The position numbers and the translations under genes are program-made. The notes under the pieces are model-generated. The model was not told the DNA's origin and ran no database searches. It saw nothing but the letters and a program-made list of their open reading frames with translations. Shown here in pieces: positions 56,965 to 64,000 of a DNA stretch of 64,000 bases. The stretch comes from Myxococcota bacterium. GTDB lineage: Bacteria; Myxococcota_A; SURF-8; G963663525. Where the stretch lies: NCBI GenBank assembly GCA_963676915.2, contig CAXXVK010000053.1, positions 1 through 64,000 of the forward strand. The letters run 5' to 3'. Numbering within the stretch: position 1 is the first letter of the stretch; every line of letters begins with the position of its first letter.

Positions 56965-57855
56965 TCAGACCTTTTTCGATTCTTTCACTTCGGCTTCGAG
57001 GCGCGAAATGAATTGCTTGGCGGTTTCTTCCGATTCGTGCTGCGTCACTTCGAAATGAATCGAAACGTTCAGGTTCTTGTCTGTAAAGGAATGTTTTTCA
57101 GCCTTTTCCTTCAGCTTTTTCGCCACGTTCTCTGCATCGTTTGCGGTGCAATTGGCCAGCAGAAACAGGAAATGATCCGCTTCCAGCCGTCCGAGGCAAT
57201 CGGTCATTCTCATGTTGTCGGCCAGCAAACGTCCCATTTCCAACAACAGTTGATCGCCGGTTTCATGCCCGTGCTCGGCATTGACACGACTGAATCCGGC
57301 GATATCGAACAGTACCGCACTCAACGGTTCTTTCGTACGGGACTCTCTACGAATCTCCTGTTCTGTCAATAAAAACAGGTGGTTACGATTGGCGACTCCA
57401 GTCAATTCGTCGCTGATGCTCAGTTCCTGAATACGGCGATGCGCTTTTTCCAATGAATCGATGTACTTGGCTTCCCGGAAAACTTCCACCGCGCCGAGCA
57501 CTTTGTCACCTTCGAAAATCGGGTCGATCGTCGCATTGACCGGCAAAGCATACCCGGCCTTGTGCAGGGCATGAAGCTGGAAGTTCTGGGACCGACCGTT
57601 GTCGAGCACCAGACGCAAGGGATTGAGCAAACCCGACAGCGTTTCACCTGTGCCGTCCACATGATCGGCGACTTCTCCCATACGGCTGCCTAGCACTTCC
57701 TTTTCGGTAAAACCGGTCAATCCCGTAGCCGCACGGTTCCAGAAGAGAATGCGTTGCTCTGCATCCACAACGAACACGCCGTCGGAAAACGTTTCCAGCA
57801 ACGTAGCGACAAAGTCAGGATTTTTCAGCTTTTCACTCAGTGCGGACTCGGCCAT
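56965..57855 (-). CDS. PAS + degenerate GGDEF domain protein
   Basis: PAS domain, DELTGVANR, NAEHGHETGD; A-site reads EADHF. Confidence 0.85.
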   Translation of the reverse strand: MAESALSEKLKNPDFVATLLETFSDGVFVVDAEQRILFWNRAATGLTGFTEKEVLGSRMGEVADHVDGTGETLSGLLNPLRLVLDNGRSQNFQLHALHKAGYALPVNATIDPIFEGDKVLGAVEVFREAKYIDSLEKAHRRIQELSISDELTGVANRNHLFLLTEQEIRRESRTKEPLSAVLFDIAGFSRVNAEHGHETGDQLLLEMGRLLADNMRMTDCLGRLEADHFLFLLANCTANDAENVAKKLKEKAEKHSFTDKNLNVSIHFEVTQHESEETAKQFISRLEAEVKESKKV

Positions 57856-58099
57856 GGCAAACCTCTTTACCCGGTGCAAATCTACCCGAAAACGTTCTAA
57901 ATTGTTGAATTTCGAGTCTATGCACCTGTTTGGATCGTCAACCTAATGTTATTCTTTTTTACAGAAAAATCACGTGGATATCAACAATATTTTCATTATT
58001 GCCAAAAGGTAGAATACCCCCAAAATATAACCAATTTGAAATTCTGAAGTCTTTCCCTCCATTCACACGGTTCCCCACCGATTTTTCAATATCCTGAAC

Positions 58100-58127
58100 T
58101 TGACATTCTCAAGCAAAGCCCTACGAT
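58100..58127 (+). promoter_or_regulatory. Candidate sigma70 promoter
   Basis: TTGACA-16nt-TACGAT about 45 nt upstream of ATG 58173. Confidence 0.45.
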
Positions 58128-58172
58128 GAACGAAACGTTACGACCATTATTCATACGATTGGGAGAAGCAGC

Positions 58173-59381
58173 ATGAACCGTTTTGCAACGGCTTTGGGGA
58201 GTTTGACGCTTTTGATTCTGGGACTGTGCGCCGCCTGTACTGACGGTCAACCGGTTACGTTTGCCGGTGAAGATCAAGGCTCCGCCCACATCACCGTTTT
58301 CGTGGTTCAAGATACCGAAGTTGATAGCGTAACCAAGCGCTTCGATCCGCGCCTTAAAGGCGAATACGAATGGCGTTTGCTGCGATTGCCACGAGAAATC
58401 ACTCGGCTGGAAGTCGAGGTTCAGCCCGCGAATATCGTGCGCGATATTTCCGAAGTAAGGACGGGACAATTCGAGGGAACACTCGTGCTGCCCATTGGAA
58501 ACCAAACCTTCACCGCTCGTGCATTCACCGGAGGAGAAAGCGACGAAGTTCAGATCGGCGAAGGCTCGGCCCAGGTCGCCATCGAAACCGGCGTCACCGC
58601 CGAAGTTCAGATTACCGTGTACGACTCGACGGGATCCGTCGATCCACCCGTGCATGCTCCGGTCATCACGCTGCTTTCGGCCTCCAAAGTCGATCCGGTC
58701 ATCGACGAAGAAATCACTCTGGAAGTGACGGCGATAGATCCTGACGACGACGAGTTGACGTATTCCTGGAGCGACGATTGCGACGGAACGTTCGGCACTG
58801 CGGATCAAGCCCAGACCACGTGGTCGAACAGTCAAAGCATCGCCTGTACGATCACGGTTGCGGTGTCGGATGGCGAGTTCGAAGTGGAAGGAGATCTGGA
58901 CCTTACCGTGTATGAACCCAACAATCCCCAGGGAACCGCCGATGTCGCCGTGAAATACCAAGCCAATCCATATATATCTTCTCTTGGCTTAGGGGATCGA
59001 TGCCAGTTTGGATGGTCTCCGGACTACTTGATGTGCATGATTTCGGAAGAACCTGGACTTCCTCCTCAATACGCATATGGTGCAATTTGCCGCCAGTTCC
59101 AGGATGCGACCTGCTCAGAAAATGTAGACCCGGAAACCCAGTATTACGTTCAATTCGCAACGGAATATCTTAACACTGACGCTGAAGAAGATTCCGTTAC
59201 CTGGACCCTAACGGATGACTGCGGCGGAACATCCTCCCTATATTACTCTACGTTGGCTTACGGCTCGGTGACGTTTAATTGGACGACTCCAAGCGATCCC
59301 GGCCTTTGCATGTTGACTGCAACAGTGGAACAATTCGGACTGACCGACAGCGTGGATGTCGCCGTTCTCGTCGTGGAATAA
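58173..59381 (+). CDS. Lipoprotein with Ig-like/PKD-type domains
   Basis: Lipobox CAAC; HAPVI...AIDPDDDELTYSW...GTF...ITVAVSDG Ig-like motif, repeated in degenerate form. Confidence 0.75.
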   Translation: MNRFATALGSLTLLILGLCAACTDGQPVTFAGEDQGSAHITVFVVQDTEVDSVTKRFDPRLKGEYEWRLLRLPREITRLEVEVQPANIVRDISEVRTGQFEGTLVLPIGNQTFTARAFTGGESDEVQIGEGSAQVAIETGVTAEVQITVYDSTGSVDPPVHAPVITLLSASKVDPVIDEEITLEVTAIDPDDDELTYSWSDDCDGTFGTADQAQTTWSNSQSIACTITVAVSDGEFEVEGDLDLTVYEPNNPQGTADVAVKYQANPYISSLGLGDRCQFGWSPDYLMCMISEEPGLPPQYAYGAICRQFQDATCSENVDPETQYYVQFATEYLNTDAEEDSVTWTLTDDCGGTSSLYYSTLAYGSVTFNWTTPSDPGLCMLTATVEQFGLTDSVDVAVLVVE

Positions 59382-59407
59382 CGTCGGTTTTTTATTCGTT
59401 CAATCCC

Positions 59408-59483
59408 AAAAAGTGTCGGGTGATTTTCACCCGACACTTTTTGAAAACGATGCTTTTTGTCGGGTGAAAACCACCCGACCTAC
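59408..59483. repeat. REP-like palindrome doublet (family A); first copy doubles as a bidirectional terminator
   Basis: GTCGGGTG[A/G]TTTTCACCCGACA occurs at 59415-59436 and inverted at 59458-59483, the latter with a GTAG tag. The first copy is flanked by A5/T5. Confidence 0.75.
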
Positions 59484-59613
59484 CCAACGAATCCATGTTT
59501 TCCTGAAAGACAGCGATTTTTCTCTACATTTCCATTCATACCCTATTCGTCCGGGTGCATCACAAAATGGTGCGAATTGGCCCAATACTACTGAAGCATT
59601 CATTCATTTGGTT

Positions 59614-59708
59614 GTAGCGGCGAGGCGTAAGCCCGCCGAAAAGGGAGATTGGGGGTATAAAAGCAACCTTCAAAAGGTAAAAACGGCGGGCTTACGCCTC
59701 GCCGCTAC
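59614..59708. repeat. GTAG-type REP doublet / REPIN (family B)
   Basis: Perfect 25-bp inverted pair GTAGCGGCGAGGCGTAAGCCCGCCG at 59614-59638 and 59684-59708 with a 45-bp spacer. Confidence 0.85.
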
Positions 59709-59754
59709 GAAAAAAAGAGGATTTTACGAAAGTTGCTATATTTTGTGATGCACC

Positions 59755-60003
59755 CTATTCGTCCCCAACCAGCAGATTTTCCTTGGCTTTTCGGCTAAGT
59801 CGTTTCATGGCCCATTCCCGTTTTCGGGCTTGCGAGGCTGTGGAAAAATCCTCGTGGTACACGAGTTCGACAGGACGCCGCGAACGGGTGTATTTCGCGC
59901 CGCGACCGCTGTTGTGACAAGCTAAACGGCGGTCCAGATCGTCGGTCCAACCGATGTAGAAACTACCGTCCGAACAACGAAGCATGTAGGTGTGGTATCC
60001 CAA
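59755..60003 (-). CDS. GIY-YIG nuclease (UPF0213/YhbQ-like)
   Basis: YMLRCSDGSFYIGWTDDLDRRL..HNSGRGAKYTRSRRPV. Confidence 0.9.
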   Translation of the reverse strand: MGYHTYMLRCSDGSFYIGWTDDLDRRLACHNSGRGAKYTRSRRPVELVYHEDFSTASQARKREWAMKRLSRKAKENLLVGDE

Positions 60004-60009
60004 AACGTT

Positions 60010-61045
60010 TTATGGCGTCACAGCGGGAGTTTGGGCTTTTTTGCGCTCTTTTTCGAGGGCGGCGGTCAACAAACGAACACGATAACGGAACGTCGAGCGC
60101 CAGGGATTGTGAATTTCCTCGTCAGCGACCTTTTTGTAATGCTCCAAGGCTCGTTTCATATCGCCGCCTTCCTCCATGGCGAGTCCAACCAGCAATTGCG
60201 CGTGATTGGCTTCACGAGGACGAGGTTCCATCCGCGTGATGGCCAGCAGGTCGCTTTCGGCTCGAGCGTAATCCTTCAAAGCATGATATGCTTGCCCTCG
60301 GTGATAGTACAATTTAGGAAGATACTCAGGATTCGCATAATATTTTAATGAAATATCAAACTCTTGTACCGCCGATTTCATACCACCGATTTTGAAATGG
60401 CGAAGACCTTCCTTAAAATGTTCCTCTGCCAGTTTCCGTTTGAGTTCCTCGATTTTCAGCGTCAACAGCTTGTAACTGGAGCGTGACGTTTCTGCCTGAT
60501 CCAGTTTTTCGAACTCTTTAACCGCCAGGGCGTTGCGTTCTTCCTGAATCAGCTTGAGAATCTGCATCGCCTTCAGATCGGCGCTGTCTCGTTTCTCGAT
60601 CAACAGTTCCAAGTCTCGGATCTGTTCGGCATCGAGGGCGATTTTCTCTTCCAGTACGGTGATTTTGTCTTCCAAGAATCCCGCCCGAACTTCGCTCAAC
60701 ACCACACCGGCGGCGATCAGTACGGTGGACAGCAACACCATCGAAGCCACGGTAAAATATCGGTACGACGAACGCAACTGCTCGTGAACCTGCGCCACGC
60801 GCTTGAGTTCCCCGATGGTCGAGCGAAGCTGATTTTCCATGCGAACAATCGCGTTGCGGTTGTCCAGACTTTCCCGTTTGATGAGGGTTAAATCCCTGCG
60901 CCAGTCGTCCACGCGCCTCTCCCCGTTGATGGATCTCGGAACAGTTTGTATCTGCTCCGTTTTTTGCCAGTTCTTCGAATGTACCCTACCGCCGCTTCCA
61001 TTCCAGCACAAGATCGGAATACGCTTTTTTTAACGGGTGCTCCAT
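60010..61045 (-). CDS. Membrane-anchored coiled-coil/TPR protein (5' end probably frameshifted)
   Basis: One TM segment, a coiled coil and C-terminal TPRs. GAGG + ATG at 61045 is out of frame with ORF 60010-61011. Confidence 0.65.
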
Positions 61046-61199
61046 TTTTTCCTCATAAGGATCACGCCACCGTGTCCCAACGAAGAACTTATGGTACCCG
61101 GTCTTGTATTTGCCGTTTTTATGGTTACAATTTGTGAAACAACTCATGCCATTTCAAACGCTTACGTCTTTTCTTCGAAGACTTATTGTGAGGAATACC

Positions 61200-62810
61200 A
61201 TGCCTACCGACAAACAACGAAAAATCAACCGATCCCCCGCCATCGACATCAACGACGCTCAATGGTCCCAGTACGAAGACCTCGGACTGCAACCCTTCGC
61301 CGCCGACGACATCCGCCGCACCATCGCCGCCATGGTGGAGCACGCCGGATGCTTTCTCCCCGAAGACTTTTTCCGCGCCCTGCGCTTCGGTCTGGACCGG
61401 GAAGTCAGCGAGAGCGGAAAAGGCATATACCGACTGTTGCTGAAAAACGCCATTGCCGCCGCCGAAGCCCGACGTCCCGCTTGCCAAGACACCGGCCAGG
61501 CCGTGGTTTTCGCCGATATCGGTCAGGATGCTCGCATCGTCGGTGGAGATTTGGAACAGGCCGTCAACGAGGGCGTTGTGGAGGGGTACGGATCTTTCCG
61601 AGGCAGCGTGGTCAAAGATGCGCTGTTCGACCGAAAAAACACCGGAGACAACAGCCCGGCCATTCTCCATACTCGAATCGTCCCCGGTAACGACATTGTG
61701 TTGCACGTCGCAGAAAAGGGCTACGGCAGCGAAAACAAAAGCTTCATGACCATGTATCCCTACCCGCAAGGCGGACAGGAAGCCGTCGTAAAATACGTTC
61801 TGGAAAACGTGGAAAAAGCCGGGGCCGACTGGTGCCCGCCCGGAGTGATCAGCGTTGCCGTCGGTGGTAATTTCGAGGAAGCGCCGTTGATGGCTAAACG
61901 AGCGCTTTTGGAGCCGTTCGATATGGACCTGCTGCTCGAAAGAGCCAAATCGAACCCCGAATCTTTAACAGACAACGACAAGTTGCGCATCCGGCTGTTC
62001 GAGGAAATCAACGCCATCGGCATCGGTCCCCAGGGGCTGGGCGGCGTTACTACCGTCCTGGATGTCAAACTTCAAACCGCACCGACCCACATCGCTGGGA
62101 TGCCCATTGCCGTGAATGTCCAGTGTAACAAGGCACATCATATCAGTATTCGACTGGACGGCTCCGGCCCCGTGCTTGATATGCCCAAAGCGGATTTCGC
62201 GCTTTACGCCGCAGGATTGGACGAGGATAGCGGCCCGATGCGCCGGGTGAACGTTCCCATGGACGAAGAAACTCGACGTTCTTTGCGAGCCGGTGAACGG
62301 CTCCTGCTCAACGGTCGGATTCTCACCGGACGAGACGCAGCGCACAAACGATTGATCGACACATTGGACCGGGGCGAGAAACTTCCCGTCGATCTCACCG
62401 GTCATTTCATTTATTTCGTCGGCCCGATCGATCCCCAGCCGGGTGAAGTGGTCGGTCCCGCCGGACCTACCACCTCCAGCCGGATGGACCCCTACACGCC
62501 GCGACTGCTTCGCGAAGCGGGTCTGGCCGGTTCCATCGGAAAAAGCGAGCGAGGTCAAGTGGTTGTGGATGCCATGAAGGAAACGGGCACCGTCTACATG
62601 ATCGCTACCGGCGGCGCCGGCTACCTGCAATCGCGCACCATCAAAGGCGTCGAAATCCTGGCTTACGAGGATCTCGGCACCGAAGCGATTCGGGCTTTCG
62701 ATGTCGAAGACTTCCCGGTGGTCGTCGCGGCGGATTCCACAGGAGAAAACCTGCACCGGACCGGACGAGAAAAATACGGCAAAATCAAGAAAGAAGGCAT
62801 CACTTTCTGA
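61200..62810 (+). CDS. Class I (Fe-S) fumarate hydratase, fused alpha/beta
   Basis: CQDTG, KGYGSEN, CPP, GPQGLGG, PTHIA, GRDAAHKR, GPTTSSRM. Confidence 0.93.
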   Translation: MPTDKQRKINRSPAIDINDAQWSQYEDLGLQPFAADDIRRTIAAMVEHAGCFLPEDFFRALRFGLDREVSESGKGIYRLLLKNAIAAAEARRPACQDTGQAVVFADIGQDARIVGGDLEQAVNEGVVEGYGSFRGSVVKDALFDRKNTGDNSPAILHTRIVPGNDIVLHVAEKGYGSENKSFMTMYPYPQGGQEAVVKYVLENVEKAGADWCPPGVISVAVGGNFEEAPLMAKRALLEPFDMDLLLERAKSNPESLTDNDKLRIRLFEEINAIGIGPQGLGGVTTVLDVKLQTAPTHIAGMPIAVNVQCNKAHHISIRLDGSGPVLDMPKADFALYAAGLDEDSGPMRRVNVPMDEETRRSLRAGERLLLNGRILTGRDAAHKRLIDTLDRGEKLPVDLTGHFIYFVGPIDPQPGEVVGPAGPTTSSRMDPYTPRLLREAGLAGSIGKSERGQVVVDAMKETGTVYMIATGGAGYLQSRTIKGVEILAYEDLGTEAIRAFDVEDFPVVVAADSTGENLHRTGREKYGKIKKEGITF

Positions 62811-63041
62811 TTTGTTTGCATCATCCGTTTGATTTCCAATGGATGATGCAACATTTTTAATCTTTTTTCGGAATACAGTCTCTCCGAACGTTGTTTTCGG
62901 AAAAATGGAGAGACTGAATTCAGCGGCTCGTCCAGCGCTGGGAATTCACAAGCGACTTGTTGCGAAAACAGGGATCGGTTGTATACTGTTTTGACTCGAA
63001 AGGAATTTCCAAAGGAGTGAATGAAAAAAGGGGAGGCGTCA

Positions 63042-63983
63042 ATGACTCGCACCGGCAAAATCATCGCATTGGTCGTGTTGCTGATTTCCTTCGGCACCTA
63101 CTACGGTTCGAGACAGCGGGTTCTCGACATTCACGAATCCTCCATGGAATCCAGAGAAGTCCTGTTTCTCCCGGCATTGGATCTCGTCAAAGTCATGTCA
63201 CTGGGTTATGAAGTCTTTCTCTCCGAACTTTTCATGGTTCATTCTCAATATTACATGTTCGATAAAGTCGGGAAATACGACGAAATCACCCGCGAAAACT
63301 TAACACAGCTTCTATGGATCGCGGCCACGCTTGACCCGAAGCAAATAAATGTTTACCAGTTTGCCGCCTTCGCACTTCCTGCGGCTTTTGGAACGTGGGG
63401 TATTTCCAACGCGGTGGAACTGTTGGAATACGGTACCCGAGAAAACCCTGACAATTCACGCATTCCCGAACTCCTGGGCTTCGTGTACCTGCTCAACGGC
63501 GGAGCACCCGAATACGTTGCCAAATGGTTTCGTGAAGCTCTTGCCCGCCCGGACCCCAACCCGAGCATCATCTGGCTACTCGAACGAACCATCAAGCCAT
63601 CCCCCTGCGATGCAGAAATGCAATACCGCACGTTCGAACGCTCGTATCAGCTATCCACGGATGGAGAAAACAAAAACGAGTTGAAAAAAAAGGCAGATCA
63701 ATACGCCAAAATAGCCATGTTGCAAAAAACTTGGACCAATTTCAAACAACACAAAGGACCAGAGGCCGATTTCAAAGTGCTGCTCAATCTGCTGCGTCAA
63801 AAAGGAAATCTGCCGAAAGATCCCTATGGGGGAGAGTATCTTCTTTCCAAAGAAGGCTGCGTCACCTCTTCCTCGGTCATCGAATTCCAATCCGGTCCAT
63901 CGTTGCTGGAACACGTCCAGAAAGACTGGAGAAAGTACGAACCTGGTCGTGAAGAAGATGTCAATTTCAGCGAGGAACCTTGA
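63042..63983 (+). CDS. Membrane-anchored TPR-like protein resembling deltaproteobacterial pilus-associated PilG/XapA-type proteins
   Basis: N-terminal TM, KVMSLGY, TLDP, LLEYG..NP..IP.LLGF and LPKDPYGGEY. Family assignment is from recalled pattern only. Confidence 0.5.
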   Translation: MTRTGKIIALVVLLISFGTYYGSRQRVLDIHESSMESREVLFLPALDLVKVMSLGYEVFLSELFMVHSQYYMFDKVGKYDEITRENLTQLLWIAATLDPKQINVYQFAAFALPAAFGTWGISNAVELLEYGTRENPDNSRIPELLGFVYLLNGGAPEYVAKWFREALARPDPNPSIIWLLERTIKPSPCDAEMQYRTFERSYQLSTDGENKNELKKKADQYAKIAMLQKTWTNFKQHKGPEADFKVLLNLLRQKGNLPKDPYGGEYLLSKEGCVTSSSVIEFQSGPSLLEHVQKDWRKYEPGREEDVNFSEEP

Positions 63984-64000
63984 ATTCACAAATTGAACGA

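Noticed and set aside
61131-61150. Rex-like half site TTGTGAA upstream of the fumarase
   Set aside because: The second half (CTCATGC) does not match TTCACAA well enough.

Overview
A 64 kb bacterial chromosomal window of moderate GC. The host is inferred to be a Myxococcota or 'deltaproteobacteria'-like lineage, based on its Cys-rich lipoproteins, a PilG/XapA-like protein and hybrid kinases. The left third (1-20.8 kb) is a surface-protein region. Two giant (about 2100+ and 2330 aa) Cys-rich lipoproteins flank DUF599, a DsbA-like protein, two other lipoproteins (one with a CxxC thioredoxin fold) and two glycosyltransferase-like genes. The centre holds a compact minus-strand dissimilatory sulfite reduction cluster, dsrA-dsrB-dsrN-TPR-dsrC-dsrT-dsrMKJOP (33258-43807). 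It has no dsrD, dsrL or dsrEFH and is preceded by a perfect TetR/FadR-type palindrome. The rest is housekeeping and signalling: an H1-tailed HU, nnr, tsaE, argS, a two-PocR kinase plus a hybrid kinase, arcC, a degenerate GGDEF protein, GTAG-type REP doublets beside a GIY-YIG gene, and a class I fumarase. Many genes are broken by single-base indels, most likely long-read assembly errors, so several CDS calls join multiple ORFs. No tRNA, rRNA, CRISPR array, transposase or reverse transcriptase was seen.
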